A DNA stretch of 64,000 nt from Planctomycetota bacterium (GCA_038060895.1 JBBTCT010000022.1:96001-160000), one strand, 5' to 3'. Positions 9,998 to 19,716 are shown, counted from the stretch's first letter. Made by a program: numbers and translations. Notes: generated by a model not told the origin, from the sequence alone.

Positions 9998-10392
9998 AAC
10001 TCCGCTTCCCCGCCGGGTGGATCCTTGCCGGGCTCGTGCCTGCGCTCTGGGAAGCGCCGCCGGTCGCGTCGCTGGCCTGGGCCGCCGCGCTCGGGCTTGG
10101 CGCGGCGCTCGCCGCCGGCCGGCCGTCGCGGTGGGTTGCGATCGCGTGGATCGCCGCGGCCGCCGTCCCTGGCGTCCCGCTCGCTCCCATCGCCGCCGCG
10201 GGCGCTCTTCTCGCCGGCGGTCGCGCCCACCTCGGCGCGGCCGCTCTCGGCGCTGCCCTCGGCGCCGCCGCGCAGTTCGCTCCCTTCGTCGTCCCTGTCC
10301 ATGCGGGCGGAGCCCTTCTGCTCGCGGCGGCCGCCGCCCTCGCCCTTCTGCCGTCAAACCCCGAACCGCCCGAAGAGGAGTCCGCCCGATGA
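9994..10392 (+). CDS. Small membrane protein, degenerate RnfE-like
   Basis: Ala/Leu-rich TM segments; lies between the rnfG-like and rnfA-like genes; PVHAGGALLL weakly recalls the RnfE C-terminus; no Cys. Confidence 0.45.
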   Translation: MKLRFPAGWILAGLVPALWEAPPVASLAWAAALGLGAALAAGRPSRWVAIAWIAAAAVPGVPLAPIAAAGALLAGGRAHLGAAALGAALGAAAQFAPFVVPVHAGGALLLAAAAALALLPSNPEPPEEESAR

Positions 10393-10772
10393 AGCCCTGG
10401 GACGCGGTCTTCCTCGCCGCCGCCGCCGGTCTTTTCCTCCAGCGCCCCCGCGCCTGGTGGCTGGCCGCAGCCGCTCCACTCCTCGCTCTCGCTGCGCAGC
10501 CGCTCGGCACGTTCGCCGGCCCGGCCGCCGCGCTGGCCGCCGTCCTCGTCGCGCCGCGCTTCGCCCCTGCCGCCCTCCTCCTCGCCGCCGGGCACTACAC
10601 CGGCTGGGCCGACGCGGCGCGCGCTTCGGCCGTCTGGCTCGCCGTGAGCGCGCTCCTGGCCTCGATGGAAGAGCGTTTTGAAGAAGTTTCGCCGCGCCTC
10701 CGCGGCGCGCCGATCCGGCTGTTCGCGACCGGCGTGCTCTACTACGCGCTTCTCCCGGTGGCCTACCTGTGA
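10389..10772 (+). CDS. Small membrane protein, degenerate RnfA-like
   Basis: C-terminal ASMEERFEEVSPRLRGAPIRLFATG matches the RnfA 'RERL..VP..RG.PI.L..AG' signature; no Cys. Confidence 0.6.
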   Translation: MKPWDAVFLAAAAGLFLQRPRAWWLAAAAPLLALAAQPLGTFAGPAAALAAVLVAPRFAPAALLLAAGHYTGWADAARASAVWLAVSALLASMEERFEEVSPRLRGAPIRLFATGVLYYALLPVAYL

Positions 10773-11683
10773 GCCCCGGCCCCCTGGTCCACAGCGGTCG
10801 CACGACCCGTGTCTTGATGGCGCAGGTGCTGATCGCACTCGCGCCCGCCCTGATCGCTGCCGTCGTGCGCGGCGGCGTAACGGCGGCCGCCTCGCTCGCC
10901 GCCGCCCTGTCCGTCGCGTGGGGAGTCCAGTGCTTCTTCCTCAGGCGCGCCGCGTTCCACGAAAGCGCTCTCGTCACCGCCGCCATTTTCGCGCTCACTC
11001 TCCCCGCGACGGCGCCGTGGTGGCTCTCCGCGCTCGGCGCCGCGATCGCGGTCTCCCTCGGGAAACACCTCGGCGGCGGCGCTGGCAACTCCCTCTTCAA
11101 TTCGGCCGCCCTCGCGCGCGCCGTCCTCATGGGCCTCGCTCCCGGCCTCCTTTTCGCCCCGCGCTGGCCCGCCGCCGACGGAATCACCGCCGCAAGCCCG
11201 CTCGCAAAAGAAGTCGATTCCGTGGCAACGCCGCTCCTCGACCTCCTCCTTGGCCAACACCCCGGCTCCCTCGCCGAAGCCGCCCCCCTGGCCGTCCTCG
11301 CCGGCGGCCTCTTCCTCGTCGCCGTCCGCGCCATCGAGGGCCGCGTTCCCCTCGTCTACTTCGCGACCGTCTCTCTCTTCGCCCTCTTCCTCCCCGCAGG
11401 CGACCGCATCGCCGGCCACGCGCCGTGGCTCGCCCACAATGCCCTCCTTCACATCGCTTCCGGCGGCGTGCTCCTCACCGGATTCTTCATGCTCACCGAC
11501 CCCGTCACCGCGCCCTTCACGCCGCGCGGCCGCATGCTCTTCGCCGCCCTCGCCGGCGCCGCGACCATGCTCGCGCGCTTCTACACGCCCTACCCCGACG
11601 CCGCCGTCCTCGCCGTCCTCCTCGCCAACGCATGCGTTCCCGCCATCGACGCGCGGACGATTCCGCGGGAAGCGCTTTCCTGA
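10769..11683 (+). CDS. rnfD: RnfD/NqrB-family membrane subunit
   Basis: MAQVLIALAP, SALVT, KHLGGGAGNSLFNSA, DGITAASPL, GSLAE, FFMLTDPVTAP, AVLLAN. Confidence 0.88.
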   Translation: MSPGPLVHSGRTTRVLMAQVLIALAPALIAAVVRGGVTAAASLAAALSVAWGVQCFFLRRAAFHESALVTAAIFALTLPATAPWWLSALGAAIAVSLGKHLGGGAGNSLFNSAALARAVLMGLAPGLLFAPRWPAADGITAASPLAKEVDSVATPLLDLLLGQHPGSLAEAAPLAVLAGGLFLVAVRAIEGRVPLVYFATVSLFALFLPAGDRIAGHAPWLAHNALLHIASGGVLLTGFFMLTDPVTAPFTPRGRMLFAALAGAATMLARFYTPYPDAAVLAVLLANACVPAIDARTIPREALS

Positions 11684-11701
11684 ACTACTGGTTCGGCACG
11701 C

Positions 11702-11746
11702 TTGATTTCGTGGGTCGCGCCCTTCGGACGCGACCCACGAAATCAA
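11702..11746. terminator. Long hairpin between convergent genes, probable bidirectional terminator
   Basis: TTGATTTCGTGGGTCGCG...CGCGACCCACGAAATCAA perfect arms. Confidence 0.7.
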
Positions 11747-11759
11747 AGCTGACTCACCA

Positions 11760-13688
11760 CTAGCGTGCGGCGCGCACGAGCCATTCGCGGAGGAGGCCGC
11801 GAAGCACTGCGGGATCGGCCTTCCAGGCGGCGACCCAGCGTGCAAGCTCCGCGGCCGCGGGGGCGGAGCCCAGAAGGGCGCGGTGCTGGCGTTCGAACCA
11901 GAGGGACGCGAACGCGTCCCGTCTGAGGAGTTCGGGTCCGAGTCCGCGGGCCGGGGGCGGGGTCGAATCGGACGGAACGCGCTCCCCGGCGAGGCGGGCG
12001 AGCAGCGTGCACGCGGCGACGGCGGAATCGGGGAAGCGGCGATTGATGTTCGAGTCGGCGAGCCAGAGCTTCCAGGTTTCCAGGAGATTCCCTTCTCCGT
12101 TGGCCCATCTCGCGGATTCCACGGCCAGGTCGAAACCGTCCGGCGCGAAGGGGCCCATGAGATCGAGGCAGGCGAGGTCGCGGGCGAGGAGGACGCGCCA
12201 GAAATCAGGATCGGCGAGGACATCGTTGGCGAGATCCTCGGGCGAAAGTGTGGCAAGCCGTGCGGCGGCAGAAGCGTCGGCCTCGAGGCCGAAGACACGG
12301 GCGACGAGGGTCTTGATGCGGGCGACGCGGGCGGCGGAGGGCGCCACGGGCGAGACGCCGGCAGTTGCCTTCGCGCGGAGCCGGACGCGCGAAGGAAGGC
12401 TCCGGCCGCGCGACGGGTCGATGACGGCCAGCTCGAGCACCCACGTTCCGGCGACATCCGCCTTCAGGCTCGCCTCCCGCCCGTCGGCATTGGCGAGCTT
12501 CGCCTCCGAGCCGGCGGGCGCGAGGACGATTCTCCATTCCCACTTCAGCCTCCGCCCTCCCGGCTCGCGGCTTCGTTCGCCGTCGAATTTCGCGACGCGG
12601 CCGGGCTCGATCTCCTGGTCGGGGCCGGCGTCGGCCAGGGGCCTGACCTCCGAGGGCTCCGCGCCCGCGGCGAACGCCACGAACGCCGTGTACTCCAGCG
12701 AGCCTCTCCGGAAGTTGTCGCCGCCTCCGTGTTCCGCGCCGCCGTCCTCGAGCGCCAGCGGCTTGAGGACGAGCGGCGAACGGTCGGGGGCGTCGCGGCG
12801 CGCAAAGCGCACGACGACGTCGAAGTTTTTCTTTCGCGAGATCGCCCCGTGGCCGGATTTCCCCGGAAGCGTCAGGACAAAACCGCCCACGGGAAGCCCG
12901 GGCTTCGCGTGGCACGACATGCAACTTGCGTCCAGAATCGGCAGGATTTTCTCGGAGAAAGTTGCCTGACTCAGTTCCTTCATTTCCGTTGCCCCCGGAG
13001 CGGGCAGCTCGGGGCGCGGCGGAAGCGGCGTCTTCGTCGCGACGTCGTACGGCGACTCGGAAGGCGGCTGCTTCACGGCGGGAGGTTTTTTCGACGGGGG
13101 CAAGTCGCGCGCGGGAGGCGGGTCGGGAACCTGTGGTTTCGGGGGAGGAGGCGGTTTTGCGGTCGCGGGACTGCCCTCGGAAGGCTCCGGCGCCTTTGCC
13201 GCTTCTTCCGGTGCTTGTGAGGAGTCGTGTTTCGAGGCGATCGGCGTGAAATCCTGGGTGAGTGCCCCGGGCGATTCGGGCCGCGCGGCCGGGAGGTTGA
13301 ATTCGCCGAGAGCGAGAACCAGGATTGCGGCGAATGCGACGAATGCGCCCGTCAGCCCCAGAACGACGGGAAGAAGTCCGCGCGGCGCACGCGGAAAAAT
13401 CAGCTCGTCCGTCGGCGCGTCTTCCGTCGCAACAGCGGGCGCCGTGCCGGCGTCAGGCCCGCGCCCCACGGGAGAACATCGCGGGCAGAGATCCGCTCCC
13501 GCCGCGATCTCCTCGCCGCAGCCGCACTCGAGCGAGATCACCTCTGCCCCCGCCACATCCGGCACCACCACCGACGTTCCGCAACCCGGGCAGCGGGACC
13601 GGTGGCCGGATTTGCGAAGGGGAGCGAGCAGCCGGTGACCGCAGGCGCACCGGAATTTGACCTGCAGATTCTGCTCGTCCTTCGACAT
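11760..13688 (-). CDS. Membrane protein with Zn-ribbon, TM, Pro-rich linker, monoheme cytochrome c and PKD-like domain
   Basis: CACGH..CPGCG and CGCG..CPRC; one TM; FSEKILPILDASCMSCH; ADAGPDQ..FDGERS PKD motif. Confidence 0.65.
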   Translation of the reverse strand: MSKDEQNLQVKFRCACGHRLLAPLRKSGHRSRCPGCGTSVVVPDVAGAEVISLECGCGEEIAAGADLCPRCSPVGRGPDAGTAPAVATEDAPTDELIFPRAPRGLLPVVLGLTGAFVAFAAILVLALGEFNLPAARPESPGALTQDFTPIASKHDSSQAPEEAAKAPEPSEGSPATAKPPPPPKPQVPDPPPARDLPPSKKPPAVKQPPSESPYDVATKTPLPPRPELPAPGATEMKELSQATFSEKILPILDASCMSCHAKPGLPVGGFVLTLPGKSGHGAISRKKNFDVVVRFARRDAPDRSPLVLKPLALEDGGAEHGGGDNFRRGSLEYTAFVAFAAGAEPSEVRPLADAGPDQEIEPGRVAKFDGERSREPGGRRLKWEWRIVLAPAGSEAKLANADGREASLKADVAGTWVLELAVIDPSRGRSLPSRVRLRAKATAGVSPVAPSAARVARIKTLVARVFGLEADASAAARLATLSPEDLANDVLADPDFWRVLLARDLACLDLMGPFAPDGFDLAVESARWANGEGNLLETWKLWLADSNINRRFPDSAVAACTLLARLAGERVPSDSTPPPARGLGPELLRRDAFASLWFERQHRALLGSAPAAAELARWVAAWKADPAVLRGLLREWLVRAAR

Positions 13689-13717
13689 CGCCACCTCTTG
13701 GCTCCGGATTGCCGGGC

Positions 13718-14971
13718 CTACGCCTTCTTCAGGAACCCGAGCGCCGGCGCCTGCGGCTTCCAGTCGGGGAAGAACTTCTCCATCTTCGTGAACCCGAGGA
13801 AACCGCTCAGCACCTCCGTGAACGGAAGGCGGAAGTCCGTGTGCACCGGCATGTCCCGCTCCTCGTACAGGCTCTTCGGTTCCAGCCCCGTCCACTTTCC
13901 GAAAATCTTCCCTCCGTCCACCTGCCCGCCGAGCGCCAGCATGATCCCGCCGTGGCCGTGGTCGGTGCCGTTGTTCCCGTTCTCCGCCACCGTGCGGCCG
14001 AATTCGGACATCGTCAGGACGAGCACGTCCTTCATGCGCGCCTCGCCGAGGTCCTCCGCGAACGCGGCCAGCGTGTCCGAGACGTTCTTGAGCATGTCCG
14101 CCATCTGCCCGTCTTCCACGCCTTCCTTCGCGTGGTGGTCCCACCCGTTGTAGTCCGCCGCCGCGACTTCCAGCCCGCACCCCGCCTTGATGACCTGCGC
14201 GATCCCCTGGAATTGCCGCCCCAGCGTCGTCGCCGGGTACTTCACGCCGCCGGCGCCGTCCGCCTTCGCGAGAATGTCCTGCAGGAAGCGCAATTTCCGG
14301 ATCGTTTCCTGCCCCGCACCCAGGATCTTGTCGGCGGGATCGTCGGACCGCTTCTCCATCCCGCCCCCCTTCCCGTACTGCCCCTCGAATTCGTCCATCG
14401 CCTGCATCGCGCGGTCCTCGGGAACGGCCAGCACAGGGAATTGGCCGCGAAGCGCTCGGGGCAGAAGCGGCTGCGCCGCGAGGGCGCGCAACTCGACTTC
14501 CTTCCGTTTCCCTTCGTTCGTCGCGGTCAGCCAGCGATTGAGCCAGCCTTCCGTAATCGTGCGGACGCCCGGCGCGGCGTACTCCATGAAGTCCTGCGCG
14601 TCGAAGTGGCTGCGCGTCGGGTGAGGGGAGCCGACGTTCAGGATCGGCGCGAACATTCCCTTCTTGTAGAGAGCGTGCAGCCCCTTCATCGACGGATGCA
14701 GCCCGAACCCGCCGCCGAGGTCGAGCGCGCCGCCGTCGGCGCCGGGGGGCGGGACTGCGATCGTCGGGCGGATCTTGCGGTACGTCGCGTCCGTGTACGG
14801 CGCGACGAGACTGAGGCTGTCGGCGCCGCCCCTCATGTAAAGCACGACGACGGTCTTCACGGCCGCGCCCTTCTCGTCGGCGAGGGCGCTGAGGCCGAAG
14901 CGGCCCGAGGCGATCGCGCCGAAGACCGCTCCGGAGGCGCGGAGAAAATCACGGCGGTTGAAATCGGTCAT
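13718..14971 (-). CDS. DUF1501 domain protein (Tat-exported)
   Basis: NRRDFL Tat motif, RGGADSL, RSHFDAQ, GWDHH, SEFGRT, NGTDHG. Confidence 0.9.
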   Translation of the reverse strand: MTDFNRRDFLRASGAVFGAIASGRFGLSALADEKGAAVKTVVVLYMRGGADSLSLVAPYTDATYRKIRPTIAVPPPGADGGALDLGGGFGLHPSMKGLHALYKKGMFAPILNVGSPHPTRSHFDAQDFMEYAAPGVRTITEGWLNRWLTATNEGKRKEVELRALAAQPLLPRALRGQFPVLAVPEDRAMQAMDEFEGQYGKGGGMEKRSDDPADKILGAGQETIRKLRFLQDILAKADGAGGVKYPATTLGRQFQGIAQVIKAGCGLEVAAADYNGWDHHAKEGVEDGQMADMLKNVSDTLAAFAEDLGEARMKDVLVLTMSEFGRTVAENGNNGTDHGHGGIMLALGGQVDGGKIFGKWTGLEPKSLYEERDMPVHTDFRLPFTEVLSGFLGFTKMEKFFPDWKPQAPALGFLKKA

Positions 14972-14982
14972 GGGGATCTCCG

Positions 14983-16629
14983 CTACTGTTCCTGGAAGGT
15001 GGGGGAACCGAGAAGAGCGCCGAGGAGCGCTTCGGCAGCCTGGCGCGGCTTGAGGCCCTGCTTGAGGATCTCCGCGCAGCGCGCCTCGGTCGGGGCGTCG
15101 ACGCCTCCGGGCAGAATCATGGACTCGAGCGCTTCTTTCATGCCGGCAGGGTCCTTGGCGAGGATCGGCTTGAAGTAGTCTGCCGACATCGAGATGCCGC
15201 CCATCCGGCCGCTGGCGAGCCTCAGCGCGAACTGCCACCGGTACACGAGAACGCCGGGGTCGAGCCACGCTTCCGCCTGGTCGAAGTACCCGGTCGGGTC
15301 CTTGCAGCGGCAGGTAGGCTGGCCCATCTGGTCGAGCATCCGGAGGGTTTCGTTCGTGTTCACGATCGAGCTTCCGGTGGCGCGAAGCGCGCTGACCGTG
15401 AACTCAAACGGCGTCTTGAATTTCACGCGGAAGTTCTCACGGCGATAGAAGTCGTCGCCGAAGATGATCGTCTGGTAGACGGCCTTGAGATCTCCGCCCG
15501 TCTTCAGGTATTCGGCTGCGGCCTTGTCCACGAGCGCCGCGGGCGGCTGGTCGTTCACGAGGTGCCGGCAGAGTTTCCAGCAGATGAACTTTGCGGTCAG
15601 CGGGTGCCGGGCGAGCCGGCGGATGACTTCCTCGCCTTCCTCGATTCCGCCGTTGCCCGAGAGGCTCAGGTTCAGGACGCCGATTTTCTTGGGGTCGTCG
15701 TCGTGCCACTCCTTGCGGAAGTTGAACTCGCAGCGGTCTTCGCCGAACGACACGGTCCATCCCGTCAGCGTCCGCGCCACGGCGATCACGTCCTGCTGCG
15801 TATAGCCGCCGGGGACGTTCTCGTTCTGCACGCCCACCGTGTGGAGTTCCATCACCTCGCGTGCGAAGTTCTCGTTCAACCCGTGCTGACGCTCGAGCTT
15901 CTGGATGAACTCGGACTTCTTTCGGTTCGCCCCCCCGCGCTCGACCATCTCCTTCTCGCGCTCCGACAGAGGCCGTTGCGACAGCACGTTGTCGAGGTAC
16001 ACGAGCATCGCGGGATGCTTCGCGCACGCCATCAGCATGTCCTCGAACTTCCCGAAGACGTGCTTCCGGATCACGTCTTCCTCGTAGTTCCCGGCGAGCA
16101 GCTGGCACTGGTCTTTCGACTGGTCGATGCTGAAGTGGTTCCGCCAGAAGTTCACGAGCACTTCGTTCAGCTGGCGCCGCGAATGTGCGGCGCGGAGGAT
16201 GACCGCCGATCGCAGTTCCTCCTGGACGTCGCGGCGGAGCCGGTTGTACTCCTGCTGCAGCTTCAGCAGTTCCTCGGGAGTGAGGTTCTTGCGGTCGCGG
16301 AGTTCCTTCGGGCGGTACTGGTCGATGACTTCGGAGGTGCTCATGAAGACGGACGGGCAGTCCTTCTTCAGCCTCTCCTGGAGCGCGGAGTCGTCGATCT
16401 TCTCAGGCTCGAGCTGTTCGAGGGTCCACGCCATCCAGCCCCGGGAAAGGATGTCGTCCACTTCGCCCGGCCGTGGTCCGAACGAGAGGCGGTTCAGGCA
16501 GTGGAAGGCGATCTCCCGCTGGCTCAGCTTCGTGCCCGGTTGCGCCTGCGTAGGCGGCGCGGGGTCTTCGCCGGGGCAGGCGAGGGCGGCGGCCAGGACG
16601 AGTACGGACGAAACGACTGTTCTGTTCAT
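14983..16629 (-). CDS. DUF1800 domain protein
   Basis: LNRLSFGPRP, FWRNHF, HPAMLVYLDN, NENFAREVMELHTVG, KFKTP. Confidence 0.9.
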   Translation of the reverse strand: MNRTVVSSVLVLAAALACPGEDPAPPTQAQPGTKLSQREIAFHCLNRLSFGPRPGEVDDILSRGWMAWTLEQLEPEKIDDSALQERLKKDCPSVFMSTSEVIDQYRPKELRDRKNLTPEELLKLQQEYNRLRRDVQEELRSAVILRAAHSRRQLNEVLVNFWRNHFSIDQSKDQCQLLAGNYEEDVIRKHVFGKFEDMLMACAKHPAMLVYLDNVLSQRPLSEREKEMVERGGANRKKSEFIQKLERQHGLNENFAREVMELHTVGVQNENVPGGYTQQDVIAVARTLTGWTVSFGEDRCEFNFRKEWHDDDPKKIGVLNLSLSGNGGIEEGEEVIRRLARHPLTAKFICWKLCRHLVNDQPPAALVDKAAAEYLKTGGDLKAVYQTIIFGDDFYRRENFRVKFKTPFEFTVSALRATGSSIVNTNETLRMLDQMGQPTCRCKDPTGYFDQAEAWLDPGVLVYRWQFALRLASGRMGGISMSADYFKPILAKDPAGMKEALESMILPGGVDAPTEARCAEILKQGLKPRQAAEALLGALLGSPTFQEQ

Positions 16630-16926
16630 CGTAGGGGTCTCCGATGCGGCTCCCGGGCCGCGCGGGACGGCCTCGAGGGGACGCTGTCCCCTTGCCGGAC
16701 CCGGCGCGCCGGTCTCCGCAGAATTCAACACGCGCGAAGGGGCCCGGTTGCCGGGAATCCCTCCCGCCGGCCGAATCGGCGGAACTACTTAATGGCCTTA
16801 ATGTTCCGCTTTCACGGCGCGCAGTTCAAGCGGGATTGCGTCCGGAATCTGCGGAATCCCCGGAAAGGGGGACCGCCTGTTCCGCCGCACAAGCCGACGT
16901 CCTGCGGGCGATGGCGGGGCGCCTGC

Positions 16927-19716
16927 TCACCGTGTCCCGCGCCGCGACACCAGAAACAGCGCCAGCGCTCTTCCCGCCCCGACCTGGATCGCCCGCGCGC
17001 GCAGCTGCGTCGCCTTCGACAGCTGGCGGCGGCCGGCGAAAACCTCGGCCATGAGGAGGTAAAGCTCCGCGGCGAGGTTGGGCGAGAGGCTGGCCGCGTA
17101 GGACCAGAGGGCTTCAAGCGGCTCGGAGCCGACGATGACGCCCGCGATGGGAGACCACTCGGGCATCGCCGCGACGGTTTCGGCCAGGCGGTTGATCGCG
17201 TCGTCGGAGCGGTTCATGGAAGAAAGGGCTGCGCACTCGAGAAGAACGCGGAAGAGCTCCTGGAGGGACTTGCTGGCGACATAGGCGGCGGATTCGCGCT
17301 CGAGTATCGAGAGGCACTCGTCGGGGTTGCCGTCGAGAAGCGCGACCAGCGCGAGCCAGTTGCGCGCCCAGGCGCCTTCGTTCGACGGGTGGGTGGCGCC
17401 GCCCATGACGACGGTGAGGGAGGCGCGCGCGGCGCGGAGGTCTCCCTCCGCGATCTGCGTTTCCGACAGCCGCAGCATCGTCACCCACCGGTCGCGCGCC
17501 GCCAGGTTGACGCCGAGCGCGAGCGTCTCCTGCAGTTCCATGCGGCATCGCGCAATCAGGTCCGGCGTCATCCCCGAGCGCGCGAGCGCCGCGTGGCACT
17601 CCATGCGGACTTCGACCGCGAACTTCTCACGCATCAGCTGCCGCGCCGCCTCGTCGCGCACGCGCGCCGGCCCCCCGATCACGCTGCACAGGCGCAGCAT
17701 TTCCGCGCACACCTGCGCCGCCTCCGTCGCATCCAGCCACCGCTGCCGAAGGAGTTCCTGGTACATCGAAGAGGCCTTGTCGGGCGACTCGCGCTCGACC
17801 TTGTCGATCGTCTCCAGGAGAAGCGTCCACAGCTCGATGCGCACGGGGTCGCCGGGATAGCGCTGGCAGCCTTCCTGAAGCGCGACCACCGCTTCGTACT
17901 TGTTTCCCGCCTTGAGTTCGAGCTTCGCCTGGCCGAGGGGGATGACGGCCTCGAGAGGCGTGCCGTCGAGCTTGCGAAGAGCCTCGAGCGCCTCGAGGCG
18001 CTCACCCATTTCGATCGAGCACAGCGCGCCCTTGTAGTGCGCGAGCAGCCCTTCCTCCCGGTCCGGGTGCGTCTCGCCCATCTCGCGGTACAGGTCGCGC
18101 GCTTCCGACATCTTGCCGAGCTGGTAGAGCTTGTCGGGGAGCGCGAGGAACGTCAGCTGCAGGGGCGCGCCGCGGCCTTCGAGCTTAAGTTCGCGGAATG
18201 CGACGCCCTCCTCGTCGCACGACAGGCCGACGCGGTCGCCGCGGAGGGGAAAGAGGTCGCGGTACTCGAGGGCGCGGGTGCCGTTGATGGTGAGCGTGAT
18301 GCGGTCGCCTTCGCGCAGGACGAGGATGCGGTAGCGCGTCCGCGCGGCGAGGCGCACGTCGATACGGCGCGCGGCGGTGACGCCGTGGCGGATCAGCTCG
18401 ACGCGCCCCTCGGGGCCGGCGGCCAGCCGGATCTGGTAGCCCTCCAGCGAAAAGCCACCGCGGATCGCCAGCCAGACCGAGGCTTCCCACGACGTGCGGT
18501 CCATGTCCGCGGCCAGCGTGAACTCGAGGCGCACGTCGCCGGTGACGCGCGGCACCGCCACGACCCGCGCCGACTGGCCGCCCGCGCAGACCAGGTCGCG
18601 GCCCTTGCGCGACCAGCGGCCGCTCACAAGGTCCCACGCCTCCGCGCCCTTTCCCTCCGCGACGTCGCGCCACGGAACCCGCCCCGCCAGAAACTCGTCC
18701 ATCGCCCGCGCCAGCTCGCGCGCCGTCGGGTACCGCTTCGCAGGATCCGGATCCATCGCCCGCTCCACGATCTGGCAGAGCGCGCGGGGAGCGAAGCGCC
18801 CCTGCCCGCGTTTGTGCACCGGCGTGATCTCCGCCTTGAGCGTCGCCCGAAGCGCTTCGTCCGGATCGCCGGTGTCCACGGGAGGATGAAGCGTGATGAT
18901 TTCGTAGAGGATCGTCCCCAGCGAGTAGACGTCGCTGGGAGGCCCGACGAGCGTTCCCATGCCGGCGGCCTGCTCCGGCGACATGTACCCCGGCGTGCCG
19001 ACGATGATCCCGTCGCGCGTCAGCCCGCCTTCTGCCGGCGACACGATCTGCGTTGTCTCCGCGCGCTTGCGCTTCTCGCCCATCACCCGCGCCAGCCCCC
19101 AGTCGAGGACGAGCGCTTCGCCGAATTCCCCGATCATGATATTGCCAGGCTTGAGGTCGCGATGGACGACGTCATTGAAGTGCGAAAACGCGATCGCTTC
19201 GCAGACGCGCGCGAAGACTCCGAGCAGCGCCAGGAGCGGCCAGGCTTCCTCTTCGCGCGGCTTGCGGTCGCGCAGTCCCTCGAGGATGTCGGAGAGCGGC
19301 CGGCCCTGGACAAGCTTCATCGTGTACCACGGCCCCCACGTCGTGTCGTTCCCGAGCTGGTGGACGGGGACGATCCCGGGGTGGGCGAGCCGGCCGGTGA
19401 CCACGGCCTCGTCGGCCAGCCGCTCCGCGAACTCCGCCGAGTAGACGTCGGGGCGCAGAACCTTGAGCGCGACGTCGCGGCTCAGGACGGGGTCGCGCGC
19501 GAGGTAGACGGTCCCCATCCCTCCTTCGCCCAGGATCGAGAGGATCTCATATCCCCCGATTTCCGACGGCTGCCCCTGCGGCGGCGTCGTCCCGGGCGCC
19601 GGCCCCTCCGCCAGCCCCGCCTTCGTCGGCGGCTGGCACCGGTCGCAGAGCCGCGAAGGCTCTCCGGCCGGCAGCTCGGTGCCGCAGCGGGGACAGCAGT
19701 TCACGGTAGGGGTCAT
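16927..19716 (-). CDS. Ser/Thr protein kinase with TPR-like C-terminus (PknD-like architecture)
   Basis: GEGGMG, VALK, HRDLKPGN, DWGLA, GTPGYMSPEQ; N-terminal CxxC pairs. Confidence 0.92.
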   Translation of the reverse strand: MTPTVNCCPRCGTELPAGEPSRLCDRCQPPTKAGLAEGPAPGTTPPQGQPSEIGGYEILSILGEGGMGTVYLARDPVLSRDVALKVLRPDVYSAEFAERLADEAVVTGRLAHPGIVPVHQLGNDTTWGPWYTMKLVQGRPLSDILEGLRDRKPREEEAWPLLALLGVFARVCEAIAFSHFNDVVHRDLKPGNIMIGEFGEALVLDWGLARVMGEKRKRAETTQIVSPAEGGLTRDGIIVGTPGYMSPEQAAGMGTLVGPPSDVYSLGTILYEIITLHPPVDTGDPDEALRATLKAEITPVHKRGQGRFAPRALCQIVERAMDPDPAKRYPTARELARAMDEFLAGRVPWRDVAEGKGAEAWDLVSGRWSRKGRDLVCAGGQSARVVAVPRVTGDVRLEFTLAADMDRTSWEASVWLAIRGGFSLEGYQIRLAAGPEGRVELIRHGVTAARRIDVRLAARTRYRILVLREGDRITLTINGTRALEYRDLFPLRGDRVGLSCDEEGVAFRELKLEGRGAPLQLTFLALPDKLYQLGKMSEARDLYREMGETHPDREEGLLAHYKGALCSIEMGERLEALEALRKLDGTPLEAVIPLGQAKLELKAGNKYEAVVALQEGCQRYPGDPVRIELWTLLLETIDKVERESPDKASSMYQELLRQRWLDATEAAQVCAEMLRLCSVIGGPARVRDEAARQLMREKFAVEVRMECHAALARSGMTPDLIARCRMELQETLALGVNLAARDRWVTMLRLSETQIAEGDLRAARASLTVVMGGATHPSNEGAWARNWLALVALLDGNPDECLSILERESAAYVASKSLQELFRVLLECAALSSMNRSDDAINRLAETVAAMPEWSPIAGVIVGSEPLEALWSYAASLSPNLAAELYLLMAEVFAGRRQLSKATQLRARAIQVGAGRALALFLVSRRGTR

